A stretch of DNA of 64,000 nucleotides, taken from contig RQSC01001252.1 of assembly GCA_013416795.1 (NCBI GenBank), positions 30,990 to 94,989 of the forward strand. The letters run 5' to 3'. The notes under the pieces were generated by a model. The model did not search any database and was not told the DNA's origin. It saw only the letters and a list, made by a program, of their open reading frames with translations. The position numbers and the translations under genes are program-made. The number at the start of each line of letters is the position of its first letter. Position 1 is the first letter of the stretch. Positions 31,901-42,129 of this stretch are shown here, piece by piece. The DNA comes from Prasinococcaceae sp. CCMP 1430. Its lineage: Eukaryota > Plantae > Prasinodermophyta.

Positions 31901-33082
31901 GCTGCGCCTGCCTGTCGCGTTCTGGTAGCATGCCTTCATTACCGTCGAGTACGCGAACAGGTCAGGCTTCCCGTCGGCCTTGCCGATGCTGCCCGCAGCC
32001 GCAGCCTCCTCCCGTGCTGCCTCCTGTAGCATGTCAAACACCTCGAGCGCGCGGTCGAGCGAGCCGCGGTCGGCGTGGTAGTGCATGAGCGCGGTGAACG
32101 TGACCTGATTGGGCTTCGCCCCGTACTGCTCCATCTCGCGAACGACCCTCTCAGCACGCTCGCCGCCTTCGGTCCCACCCTCGCGCCTTGCCGCGACGCA
32201 TAGCGCGCTCACCGCCGCCGAGTATATGAAAGTGTTGAGCTCGACCCCAGCGTCGCGCAGGTGTGCGAGCAGCGCGTCGATGCGCTCCGAGCTGCAGCGC
32301 AGCTTGAGCATGCCGAAGAGCGTGGTGAGCTGCCTGGGCTGCAGCCGGCGCGCGTCCTCCTCGCCAAGCGCCTCGCTCAGTTCCGCACCCGCGGGTAGCT
32401 CCACGATGGCATCGGTCAGCGCCGCAAGCGGGTCTGGCGCTCCCGATGCGCGCCCGCGCCGCTGCCTCGCGGCGCCCCCGCCGCTGCCTCCGCCCCCCCC
32501 CCTTCGCTTTGCCCGGGCGCGGCCAGCCCTGGCGGAGCGCGCCCCGCTGGCCGTCCACGTGACGTCCTTCGCGTACGGCTTGCCCATGCGGCTGCCCATC
32601 ACGAACTCGACGGCCTCGCCCTCCAAGAGCACAGCTCGCTGTTTGCCCCCCACGCCGCCCGGAGCGCCGCCCGCCCCATCAACGCCGCCGCTGCGCAGCT
32701 GCGAGCTGTGCACGAAGACAGCCTGGGGGCTGCCCTCATCGTCGCTGCCGCCACGTGCCGCGGTTCCGCGCGCCTGAGCGTCGTCGGCATCGGCCATGGC
32801 CGGCTCGATGAGGCCGTAGCCCTTGGTGGTGTCATACCAAAGGCAGGTGCCGCTCAGCCGGACGCCATCGGCGCTGCTGCCGCTGCGTGGAGAGCGCGGG
32901 AGCGCTTCGGTCAGCGCCGGGCGATGCCGGAGAGCTTGCTCGCGCGGCGCGCGCTGCCACTCTCCAGCGTGTCTATCTCTCTTCGCTCGCTCGCGTACCT
33001 GCTGCTGGTGCCAGTCTCCGCCCCTCGGCTGGCGCCCCCACGCGCCGCCGCCGCGCGCGCGCGCCGCCGCCGCTGCGCCGAC
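28964..33082 (-). CDS. Large pentatricopeptide-repeat protein with an N-terminal cold-shock domain; 5' end beyond N33083
   Basis: CSD: GTCLWYDTTKGYGLI...VFVHSSQL...LLEGEAVEF...GKPYAKDVT (about 32865-32555). PPR motifs: PNQVTFTALM, PDLFAYSTVM, PDPYTYATLI, PDAVVYSGLM, PDVTMYHVLL. Minus-strand TGTAA at 28953-28957. Confidence 0.9.
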   Translation of the reverse strand, partial: VGAAAAARARGGGAWGRQPRGGDWHQQQVRERAKRDRHAGEWQRAPREQALRHRPALTEALPRSPRSGSSADGVRLSGTCLWYDTTKGYGLIEPAMADADDAQARGTAARGGSDDEGSPQAVFVHSSQLRSGGVDGAGGAPGGVGGKQRAVLLEGEAVEFVMGSRMGKPYAKDVTWTASGARSARAGRARAKRRGGGGGSGGGAARQRRGRASGAPDPLAALTDAIVELPAGAELSEALGEEDARRLQPRQLTTLFGMLKLRCSSERIDALLAHLRDAGVELNTFIYSAAVSALCVAARREGGTEGGERAERVVREMEQYGAKPNQVTFTALMHYHADRGSLDRALEVFDMLQEAAREEAAAAGSIGKADGKPDLFAYSTVMKACYQNATGRRSPGYGGELVARLAEQLEQSGQLRAADHSLLMLAIWGKGQAGDWEWGLNLVRERASAADAGGANAPRAPDLGLWNSAIAACSACEQPAAAAALASEVVSRQDRLDEDIDAQTLVNALGACRGGGAVAEAAAGEVLELMTQLEFSNSERCEVYEQAIQSLALPLKGKGHAPRASVHPNARAKEESQETLSRRDAAFALLERMRALDVPRRSETYSLVLAAQGGNPLGTWRVLRMMADDGIAFQSSTFKGAMAAISQLEDAALIDEMCDVAERLAEGGRDKDGVQSAQLFCAAMAAAGRSGDYERVELLRGAADKAFECDVPQMVLEAQMHALAVGCGAPERVIPVWDVADALGYAPDASVVSGIISSCRVNGKPDTLAQLVERIEKRERLAEASGVSLADSKDRAKSRSVWSLWSYAQAVGCFAEAGDSSSAVAALEALWERADNGDKACAISRHSLGECTTLLRALKVVGADKQAMLLLERMHSARVELDPRLYVASVEALASGSSKAARREACRLVSKCLNDFVPLSPYEFNQLVHASAHGGCVQQCSLLLERMRQEQLPLSIKCCNAAMAAMVHDLEAGVSLFDEMVEMGPAPDPYTYATLITAAGHAGEHDLVAELLNTATDQDVKSSTVTFSAAITALGRAGDIDGALAVLHELSPAAAAASEQGSSDADGSSSLAFAAEHAPRAAAAARAAISLGVSVAKGGWANPYNAAVTACGLCDAYEHVAAVRAQMAADGISETAETRQILVAVAAKCGHFDEALESMMRYSNEGELGGTADVRPYAHLAAAAGAAGDAASAERLLTHMRSAGIAPDAVVYSGLMRAHTVNGDGERASELFDEGIAAGVTPDVTMYHVLLRGVVRASEGSVSGTQHLRQVADVLADMRERGVAPDTKMLQLIDMAFDYDYSSPEGRAAKAELKKRLVSEESEGEVGADGQHDQGHVVDGTAQQQGDGMWADSAETEWYDPAEIDNFYSGAF

Positions 33083-34304
33083 NCTTTTTTGTGCGCGCGC
33101 ATTTCGACGCGGAAAACGCGCCGAAAAGGCGCGGCGGAAAAAAACCGCGAGGCAGCTGGCGGTGCTGCGGGGGCGGGGCGGGTGTGAGGGGCGCCACACG
33201 GCGCGCGGCGGCGGCGCGGGCACGGGCCATGGTGCGTGTGCAGCGTGGGAGATTGCGCCTTCTTGACCCCTCCCCTCTTCACCACCCACGGGGTTCTCTC
33301 CCTCTGTGTGCGCTCGCGGGCGCGCGCGCTCGGCGCTCGCTCGAGCGCGCTCCCGGGACCTCCGGCGCCGCGGCCGCGGCGACGCAACCCACCACACACA
33401 AAACACTGCATGTATACCCACGGGAGACTTCCATGCCAAACATCAAGACGCATTCGCTCGGGCGCGCGCGCGCGATCGGCCGGCCCTCGAAACACACACA
33501 CACAGAGGTCTCAAAAAAATCGTATGCCTCGCCACGCGGATTCACACCCGCCTAAAAATCGTTCCAGCGCGCGCCGCTTGGCCAGGGCGCGCGGGTTTAC
33601 CCGGGCTACTCATGGAGACTTTTCGCACCCCCTCAAAAATACTGCTGTGCACGTAAAAGAAAAAAAAAAGAGAAAGAGAGAGGACGCGCCCTGGTGGCTG
33701 GTGGCCCTCCCGCCCCCGAATCCGCGGACGGACGCGCGCGCGCCGCCGCGCCTTCCGCGGTCTCGTTTCCGCCTCTCGCTCCCGGCGGGCGCGGCGGCGA
33801 AACCCGGAAACGTTTTTTTTTTTTTTGCCGGGGGGCGCGCGAGAGAGAGAGCGTCGGAACGCGCGCGCGCGCGCGCGCAGGCGATTTGATGGCGTTTGCG
33901 AAGGGGACGGGCGGACGAATGCGCGCGCGCGCGAAAAACGCGCGGGGTGGCGCGGCGCGAGGCGAGGCGAGGGCGACGGGAGGGGGAGGGTAGGGGGAGG
34001 GGGCGACGTGGGAGGGAGGTGTTGGCGTTGGCACGCGCCGCGCCAGCGCCGGCGCCAGCGCCGCCTCTTTTTCGCGCGCTTCAAACGCACGCGGGCGCGA
34101 CTGCGGCAAGGATGGCTTCCGCGCGCCTGCCCGGCCTTGGCCTCTCGCGTGCCCGACCGCCTGCGCGCGCGCGCGCGCGCGAAGCAGGACGGGAGGCTGT
34201 GGACGCCGCGCGGCCTTGTGTCGCCGACCACCACCACCACACACGCACACGCACGCGCACGCATGCATGCGGCCTCGCTGACACCGCGAGCCCACGCCCC
34301 GCAG

Positions 34305-37259
34305 CTCAAGTCGCCCTCCAAGGCGCAGGTGATCAAGGCGGAGAAGCGCCGCCTGCGCGAGCTCGCCAAGATGCGCAAGGTGCACATGGAGAAGATGCTC
34401 GCCGAGCAGAACGCTGCAGTCGCCGCGCAGTCGAGCGGCAAGCAGAAGCTGCAGTTCCTGCTCAAGCAGACGGACGTGTTCGCCACGCTGATGAACAGCA
34501 GCCGCGCCGACGCGCTGGACGCCCGCAAGAAGAAGGGCAAGGGCAAGAAGCTGACAGAGGAGGAGGAGGATGCCGACTTCGCCAAGGAGGACACCGGGCC
34601 GATGCGCGAGACGCGCCTGACGGTGCAGCCGACCTGCATCAAGGGCGAGATGCGCGACTACCAGCTGGCCGGCCTGAACTGGCTCATCCGCTGCTACGAC
34701 CACGGCATCAATGGCATCCTCGCGGACGAGATGGGACTGGGCAAGACGCTGCAGTCCATCTCGCTGCTTGGGTACCTGCACGAGTACCGCGGCATCACCG
34801 GCCCGCACATGGTGCTCGCGCCCAAGTCGACTCTGGGCAACTGGATCAGGGAGTTCCAGAGGTTCTGCCCCTCGCTGAAGGTGTTCAAGTTCCTCGGCAA
34901 CCAGGAGGAGCGCAACGCGCTCAAGGAGAAGCACCTGCAGCCAGGCGAGTTCGACGTCGTGGTCACGTCGTACGAGATGGTCATCAGGGAGAAGAGCGCC
35001 TTCAGGAAGTTCAACTGGCGCTACATCGTCATCGACGAGGCGCACCGCATCAAGAACGAAAACAGCGTCCTCAGCAAGACGATTCGCACGTTCCACTCCA
35101 ACTTCCGCTTGCTGATCACAGGCACACCACTGCAGAACAACCTCCACGAGCTGTGGGCGCTGCTCAACTTCCTGCTGCCGGACGTGTTCCGCCACGCGGA
35201 CGACTTCGACGAGCTGTTCAACGTCGAGGACGGCGACCAGGCCGGCGTCGTCAAACAGCTGCACAAGGTGCTGCGCCCCTTCCTGCTGCGCCGCCTCAAA
35301 AGCGAGGTGCGCGCGGGCGTCCCGCCCAAGAAGGAGACCATCCTGAAGGTGGGCCTCAGTGAGATGCAGAAGCAGTACTACAAGTCGCTCCTGCAGAAGG
35401 ACGTCAGCCTCATCAAGGGCGGCGGAGAGCGCAGCCGGCTGCTGAACATCATCATGCAGCTGCGCAAGTGCACGAACCACCCGTACCTGTTCCAGGGCGC
35501 GGAGCCTGGCCCGCCATATATCACGGGCGAGCACCTCATTGAGAACGCGGGCAAAATGGTGCTCCTCGACCGCCTGCTGAAGCGCCTCAAGGAGAATGAC
35601 AGCCGCGTGCTCATCTTCAGCCAGATGACGCGCCTGCTCGACATCCTCGAGGACTATTGCATGTACCGCGGCCACCAGTACTGCCGCATCGACGGCAACA
35701 CCTCGGGCGACGACCGCGACGAGTACATCGACTCGTTCAACAAGGAGGGCTCCGAGAAGTTCATCTTCCTCCTGTCGACGCGCGCCGGCGGCCTCGGCAT
35801 CAACCTCGCCTCGGCTGACATCGTCATTCTCTTCGACTCCGACTGGAACCCGCAGATGGACCTGCAGGCCATGGACCGCGCGCACCGTATCGGGCAGAAG
35901 AAGGAGGTGCACGTGTACCGCTTCTGCACGGACGGCACGGTCGAGGAGAAGATCATCGAGAAGGCGTACAAGAAGCTCGCGCTCGACGCTCTCGTCATCC
36001 AGCAGGGGCGCCTCGCCGATTCGCGCGCGCAGGTGAGCAAGGACGAGCTGCTGGGCATGGTGCGCTACGGCGCGGAAAAGATCTTCCAGGGCAGCGGCGC
36101 GACCATCACGGACGATGACATAGACGCCATTATCAGGAAGGGTGAATCAGACCAGGACGAGCTCACCAAGAAGATGAAGGAGTTCAGCGCGGCGGCGCAG
36201 GGTTTCAGCATGGACGGTGGCGATCTGAACGACTTCGCCAACGAGGACGCGGCGAAGAACGTCGAGGAGTTCGACGGTGAGGTCATCAAGACGATGGTCG
36301 CTGCCAACTGGGTCGACCCGCCGAAGCGCGAGCGCAAGAAAAACTATTCAGAGGCACAGATGTTCGGCGCCATGCGCGCGACGCAGCCCAAGGGGCCCAA
36401 GGAGCTGCGCCTGCCGCGCATGCAGCAGTACTCGGACTACCAATTCTTCAACACGACGCGCCTCAAGGAGCTCTACGACAAGGAGGGCGCGTACCTGCTG
36501 TACCGCCACCAGAAGCGCCAGAAAGAGGCCGCCGCGCGCGCGGCGCGCGAGCTGGAGGCCGTGCCGACCACTGAGGTGCCCGAGGACGAAGATGATCCCA
36601 ACGCGCCTCAGCCGCTGTCGGAGGAGGAGGAGGGGGAGAAGGCGGAGCTGCTGCAGTCGGGCTTCTCCGAGTGGAGCCGCCGCGAGTATCAGGCGTTCGT
36701 GCGCGCGTGCGAGAAGCACGGCCGACACGACCACGACAACATCGCGGCCGAGCTCTCGCTGATCGAGACACAGCACCCCAAGTCCGTCGAAGATGTCAAG
36801 AAGTACGCCGCCGTGTTCTGGGAGCGGTTGCACGAGCTTTCAGACCACGAGCGCGTGCTTAAGACGATCGAGCGCGGCGAGCAGAAGATCCAGAGGAAGC
36901 TCGAAATCCAGGCGTCCATCGGCCGCAAGCTCGCTGAGTACAAAAACCCGTGGCGCGACCTCAAGCTGCAGTACGGCCAGAACAAGGGCAAGTCGTACAC
37001 CGAGGATGAGGACAGGTTCATCCTGTGCATGACCCATCAGCTTGGTTATGGCGCGTTCGACGAGCTCAAGCTCGAGGTCAGGAAGAGCTGGATGTACAGG
37101 TTCGACTGGTTCGTGAAGAGCCGCACGTCGCAGGAGCTGCAGCGCCGCGTGGACACGCTGGTGCGCATTATTGAGAAGGAATTCGAGGACGCCGACAGCA
37201 AGAAGCGGAAGGGCGGCGGCGGCCAGGCGGGTGGCTCAGCGAAGAAGGTCAAGGCTTGA
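34305..37259 (+). CDS. ISWI: ISWI chromatin-remodelling ATPase (SNF2 helicase + HAND-SANT-SLIDE); first exon unresolved
   Basis: ILADEMGLGKTLQ, IDEAHRIKN, LLSTRAGGLGINL, QAMDRAHRIGQ; SLIDE motif YTEDEDRFILC...FDWFVKSRT. Acceptor ccgcag at 34304 with a gctgac branch. Confidence 0.97.
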   Translation, partial: LKSPSKAQVIKAEKRRLRELAKMRKVHMEKMLAEQNAAVAAQSSGKQKLQFLLKQTDVFATLMNSSRADALDARKKKGKGKKLTEEEEDADFAKEDTGPMRETRLTVQPTCIKGEMRDYQLAGLNWLIRCYDHGINGILADEMGLGKTLQSISLLGYLHEYRGITGPHMVLAPKSTLGNWIREFQRFCPSLKVFKFLGNQEERNALKEKHLQPGEFDVVVTSYEMVIREKSAFRKFNWRYIVIDEAHRIKNENSVLSKTIRTFHSNFRLLITGTPLQNNLHELWALLNFLLPDVFRHADDFDELFNVEDGDQAGVVKQLHKVLRPFLLRRLKSEVRAGVPPKKETILKVGLSEMQKQYYKSLLQKDVSLIKGGGERSRLLNIIMQLRKCTNHPYLFQGAEPGPPYITGEHLIENAGKMVLLDRLLKRLKENDSRVLIFSQMTRLLDILEDYCMYRGHQYCRIDGNTSGDDRDEYIDSFNKEGSEKFIFLLSTRAGGLGINLASADIVILFDSDWNPQMDLQAMDRAHRIGQKKEVHVYRFCTDGTVEEKIIEKAYKKLALDALVIQQGRLADSRAQVSKDELLGMVRYGAEKIFQGSGATITDDDIDAIIRKGESDQDELTKKMKEFSAAAQGFSMDGGDLNDFANEDAAKNVEEFDGEVIKTMVAANWVDPPKRERKKNYSEAQMFGAMRATQPKGPKELRLPRMQQYSDYQFFNTTRLKELYDKEGAYLLYRHQKRQKEAAARAARELEAVPTTEVPEDEDDPNAPQPLSEEEEGEKAELLQSGFSEWSRREYQAFVRACEKHGRHDHDNIAAELSLIETQHPKSVEDVKKYAAVFWERLHELSDHERVLKTIERGEQKIQRKLEIQASIGRKLAEYKNPWRDLKLQYGQNKGKSYTEDEDRFILCMTHQLGYGAFDELKLEVRKSWMYRFDWFVKSRTSQELQRRVDTLVRIIEKEFEDADSKKRKGGGGQAGGSAKKVKA

Positions 37260-37670
37260 GCGCCCTGCTGACGGGTGTGATGCACGCGCGGGGCCCGGCT
37301 TCATTCGGCTGCGGCAAGTAACCATACGGATGCCATTCTACATCTCCCCACCCACCCACCCACCTCCCTCTCCCCTACCGCACGCGCGCGCCGGCACTCG
37401 ATTAGGCCGAGCACCGCCAGCACGCGCGCCAACGCATGGCGCAGCGCGGCGCGGCGCGCCGTGGCCGCCCCGGCGACGGCGACTGCCATTTCACAGCTCG
37501 CGAGCATCTCCCGGCGGCGCCTTTTCGCCACGTCAGCACCTGCGCAACCACCGCGCGCCGCCTGCGGCAACAGGGGCATCCATCGCCGTGCGCGCCCGAC
37601 AGCCCACACGCGTGCGCGCGCGCGCCGCTCTGTGCGCGCGTGGGCACGCCACCCCCGTGGAAACGTGGGG

Positions 37671-39951
37671 ATGGCGAGGGGGGGCGGCGCCGTGGCGCTT
37701 GCGCTCGCGCTCGCGGTGGCGGCGAGATGCGTTGCGAGCGCCGCAGCCGCAGCCGCAGCCGCAGCCGCAGCCGCAGCCGCTAGCAGCCGAGGCGTGCGCC
37801 AGCCCGCAGCTGCGAGGGGTGTGGCTGCGGCGGCACCGCTGGAGACTGAGCGGGACTCCCAAAATCTTACCGCCAAGCACGTCGTATTTATCCTCATGGA
37901 CGACTGGGGCTCGTACGACGCGGGCTTCCGCGCGCGGCAGCTCGGGCGCGAGCCGCAGTTCGAGACGCCGCACATCGATGCGCTGCTTGGCGAGGAGCGC
38001 GCGGTGCTGCTCGAGGACTACTACGTGCAGCCGATATGCACACCCACACGGTCGACGCTGCTCTCCGGGCGCTACCAGACGCACACAGGGCTCCAGCACG
38101 ACATCATACAAAACGGTCAGGACAATGCCGTTGACCCCGACGGCAAGTTCGAGCTCTTGCCAGAGGCGATGAAAAGGGCGGGCCTCGCTACCCACATGGT
38201 TGGCAAGTGGCACATCGGCTTTGCAAGGGAGCGCTACTGCCCCTGGCGGCGGGGTTTTGACTCATTCGTAGGCTATCTCTCCGGAGCGGAGGACTACTAC
38301 CTCAAGACTGCGGGTGGTGCCCTCGACTGGTGGAACGGCTCGGTGCCGTTGCGCACTCCCGAGCCGCACGCGTGCCCGTACTACCCAGGCTCGCCAGCGC
38401 ACGAGGCGCACGACCAGCCGCGGAAAGACTGCGAGAACAGCTACTCGACGCAGGTCTACACTCAGGAGGTGCGAAGGCTCATACGAGCCCACCGCCACTC
38501 TGCAGAGTCTGCCACGAGTCCATCGGGCATGTTCCTGTATCTGGCGATGCAGGCGGTGCATTGGCCCATGGAGGCGCCACTGTGGGCACTGCGGCGTGTG
38601 CCCGCTGCCCTGAGCGACCCGTGGCGGCGCTACTACGCCGCCATGACCGTTGCTGCCGACGCCGCACTTGGCGAGGTGGTGGCGGAGCTCAAGGCTCAGG
38701 GCATGTGGGGCGATACGCTGCTCGTGCTCTCATCTGACAACGGCGGCATGTCGATGGGATACAATGGGCCGAATTCAACATGTGGGGGGCTGAACTATCC
38801 TTACAGGTGCGTGGCGGGGTTGCCGGGCAAGCCGGTCTTACGTGCGCCCGCGGTGGGGAAAAGGGGCTGGGACTGTGCAATTGCTGACTGACTTGCCTTC
38901 ACACCAATGCGCACAACCGCGCCCATGCTCCACCCGCAGGGGTTGGAAGGACAGCCTGTGGGAGGGGGGGAGTCGCGCCATTGGCATGGTCAAGCTCCCA
39001 CAGCCAGCTCGAAGCACCGCCCGGAAGCGCACAAGTGCGAGCTCGAGCGTGAGGGCGAGCGCGAGCGCAAATATGCCGGGCAACGTGCGACCCCGCAATT
39101 CTTTGGGTGGGCTCTTCCACGTCTCAGACTATCTTCCGACGCTCTTCGCGGCGGTCGGCGGAGACACTGCAACCCTTCAATCCGACATCGACGGCATTAA
39201 TCAATGGCAGGCACTGCTGGCGGCAGCCAGCAATACTGGCGCTCGCTCCGCGCGGACGGAACTGTACGTCGCGCATGCGCGCTCCCGCCGCACTGCTGGA
39301 TTCGTGCGCTCGCTCAGCTGCACCTGAGCCCCCGCACGTCGCATTGCAGCCTGGGCGTGCAGCTGACGCTCGTGACGACGACTGACGCACCCGTGTAGCC
39401 TGCATAACATCGACCCGATTTCTGGTCCTTATGCGCGTGCTGCACTCCGCGTGGGCGACCTCAAGCTTGTCATCGAAGGACTCGGAAGGCTCGACTGGGG
39501 TTGGTGCGACATTGATGCCACGAAGGGTGGTGGGATCACTCATCCGTGCCCGATGAATGCCGCCGTCGTAGCGGCGGCCTCGGACGCGGTCGCCGCGATG
39601 GATGGCATCGCGAGCGCAATCGCGAGCGCGAACGCGGATGCGCGAAGAGGCCCGAGCTTCGCCGCGAGTGCCGCAGCAGAGCTCGGCTGGGGCGAGCCGC
39701 TGCTGTTCAACATCTCAGCGGATCCGCGTGAAACGACTGACCTGGCAAATGACCCCGGGTATGCCAACGCCCTGTTGTACATGTTGCGCAGGCTCAGCTG
39801 GCACAACTCCACGGCTGTGAAATGTCGGTACCCCCCGGTGGAACCCACCTTCGATCCGCTGGCGACAGGTGTGCTCGGGCCCTTCCTCGCTGACGGCGAC
39901 GACGACAGGGGCGGCGGCGAGCGCGGCGTGGGGGTAGCCGCGCAGACGTGA
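37671..39951 (+). CDS. Secreted arylsulfatase (ARSB/I/J-like, formylglycine-dependent); exons about 37671-38806, 38940-39265, 39399-39951
   Basis: Signal peptide; VFILMDDWG, CTPTRSTLLSGRY (CxPxR), VGKWHIG, SSDNGG, RGWKDSLWEGG, LFHVSDYLPTL, LRVGDLKL. Confidence 0.93.
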
Positions 39952-39985
39952 ACGTGTACTGTACAATTACAACTGTTGCGAATCC

Positions 39986-40957
39986 TCAGACGATGCACAC
40001 CTGTCGGCACATTGGGCATTTCATGCCACCGTGGGCGAACCACTTCATCAGGCACGGCCCGTGGAAGGCGTGCTTGCAGTTGAGCTGCTTGAGCTCGCTG
40101 CCGACGCTCGCCTCCTCGAGGCAGATGGAGCACTCCGGGAGCTCCTCGGCACCTGCCTCAACAATGACGAGCGGCAGTCGCCGCACTGCTGAACGCGCGA
40201 AACGAAGCGCCGCCCGTGCGCGCTCCTCACCGTGCGTGCGCTCGGGTGGGACACTGCTCATGCTATGATGAGCACTCCCGCCCCCGCCAGTACTTCCACC
40301 GGCACCGCCGTGCTGCACACCGTTCGCAACACGATTTGTGAACGCGCCCACGAAGGGGCGCTGCTCCCTGCCCGGGTTGCGTGGGTCCACGTACGTGTCG
40401 CCAAAGCCTTCGTCAAAACTATGCGAATGCGCGTTGCTTCTGCCCATGCTAGCAGCGCCGCCGAAGCCCCCGCCCGCCTGGCGCCGGCGCGGCCAGCGCC
40501 CACCAGCCAGCGGCGCATCGCCCCGCGTCGCAGCATGCTCGTCCGCAGCATTGCGCCGCCGCACCGGTGCGTAACTCTCCGCGTCGCGTTGCTGCTGTTC
40601 CTGCCTCCGCCGGGTGTGCGCCACCTCTGCGCCTGCCCGCAGTACATCGCTGAGCCCGCCGCCCCACACGACCGCCGCCTCAGCGGCTGCTACCTCAGTG
40701 GGGCGCATGGGCCGCTGCGAGGGAGACGCAGCGCCGGCCGCGTCCCACTCCGCGTCAGTGTTGACCGCCGCGCCAGGCCCCACGCGCGGGCGGCGCACCG
40801 GCGCGCTCTTGAGCGCCTCATCGAGACTCAAACCCCCGAAGCCATGCTGCGCGGACTCTGCGCGGATGGCCGCGCGCACGGCTTCGAGCGCCGCCGCGTG
40901 CGCGTCCTCGTCCCGCGCCCGGGCCGACGCGGCGGCAGACGAGCCGCGCGCGCGCAA
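39986..40957 (-). CDS. RING-H2 E3 ubiquitin ligase (C-terminal RING); start uncertain
   Basis: CSICLE...LNCKHAFHGPCLMKW.....CPMCR. Minus-strand TGTAA at 39967-39971. Confidence 0.85.
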   Translation of the reverse strand: MRARGSSAAASARARDEDAHAAALEAVRAAIRAESAQHGFGGLSLDEALKSAPVRRPRVGPGAAVNTDAEWDAAGAASPSQRPMRPTEVAAAEAAVVWGGGLSDVLRAGAEVAHTRRRQEQQQRDAESYAPVRRRNAADEHAATRGDAPLAGGRWPRRRQAGGGFGGAASMGRSNAHSHSFDEGFGDTYVDPRNPGREQRPFVGAFTNRVANGVQHGGAGGSTGGGGSAHHSMSSVPPERTHGEERARAALRFARSAVRRLPLVIVEAGAEELPECSICLEEASVGSELKQLNCKHAFHGPCLMKWFAHGGMKCPMCRQVCIV

Positions 40958-41788
40958 GGTCGAGCCCGCGAGGCGAGGCGAGCGGCAGAGGGCGCGCGGG
41001 GCGGGCCCTCAGCCCACCCCTACCCTGCAGCTGCAGGCGCGCCCGCCCGGCGCCGCAGCCACGCCATGTGGCGCACCGGGCCAGCGCTCGCGCATGCGCT
41101 TTGACCTCAGAATTGAACGTGCATGCATTTTGAAGTGCGGGCTGTTGACCGAGTGTTTGTGCGGGATGCTGTTGGCAGCCGGCAGCCACAGGGCGCGCGC
41201 GGTACAGTGCGGCGCGCGCTTGGAGGGGGCTAAAGGTGAGAGCGTGGGCGGGGGGTGGCGGGCGGGGGTGAGGTGAGGGGTAGGTAGGTAGGTACAGTAG
41301 ATACAAAGGGGTGGCCCGTCGCCCATGGGCGGAGGCAGTGGGGGGCCGGTATATGAAAACCTCAAGTACCCACTCAACGTTGCAACAACGAAAGGGAGCT
41401 GGGGTACGTTTGAGAGCGGCGCGGCAGCCGCTAGCGGCCTGCGTGTGCAAGCTGCGCGTCTCCGAGCCGCTGCAGAAGGCGGCGCGCATGCGGCGCAACA
41501 AGGGCTCGTGTCCGTGGCGGCGCGTTGTGGCTGCGCATGACGCAATAGCAGGCACAGCGCGATGCAGGCACCCAGCCTCGCTCAGGAGTGATCGCCATGA
41601 TGTTGATGAGTGAAGGCGCTGGCTGGTCCCTCAGAGACCGCAAACTGCGGCACAAAGGCGCTGGCTGCACTGCGAGAGCGGGCATGACGATGCAATGCGT
41701 GGAAAGCGTGTTGTGGGCGTGTGTATGACGCGTTTTGTATTCGTTGCGCACCAGTCGACAGTGTATTCGAGTCGTAATTCGACACCTG

Positions 41789-42111
41789 ATGCAGTGCGCA
41801 CCACTACGTGCAGTGTCCGACCGCTGACAAGAGCCGCGCTCTCTTCCTCTCTCTTTCTATCTCGCCATCTGTGACGGTCCTCGTCCTGTTGCCCCCTTCG
41901 ACCTCTCCTCGGCAACGTCGCTGCGTGCTACTCTGCAGCCGAGTGGGCGCACGCGCACCACGCGGAACTCCAGATCGCTGTGATCGGAACTGTACTCGTC
42001 GCGCTCCCAACGCTTTTGATTTTGTACGTTCGGTGGGCAACCTCGACGGACGACGACGACGACGACGGCGACAACAACAACCGGCCGGAACTTGACAAAA
42101 AGCGCGCTTGA
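41789..42111 (+). CDS. Putative single-TM microprotein A (about 64 aa; exons 41789-41807 and 41939-42111; not in the ORF track)
   Basis: The exon 2 frame reads EWAHAHHAELQIAVIGTVLVALPTLLILYVRWATSTDDDDDDGDNNNRPELDKKRA*. The intron has a gctgac branch, a pyrimidine tract and ctgcag; the gtgcag donor is weak. Confidence 0.45.
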
Positions 42112-42129
42112 ATAGACGATCGTACGCAA

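Noticed and set aside
41325-41540. 71-aa ORF MGGGSGGPVYENLKYPLNV...
   Set aside because: No motif, no clear codon bias and no supporting signals, so it cannot be distinguished from chance.
41596-41790. Possible box C (TGATGA at 41604) and box D (CTGA at 41786) snoRNA
   Set aside because: The boxes are about 185 nt apart, with no terminal stem and no rRNA-complementary guide that I could verify.
41631-41915. Minus-strand segment LHVVVRTASGVELRLEY...NTKRVIH resembling a ubiquitin-like beta-grasp start
   Set aside because: There is no in-frame ATG (a TAG lies just upstream), the match decays after about 30 aa, and it overlaps the better-supported plus-strand microprotein. An HHpred run would be needed to rescue it.
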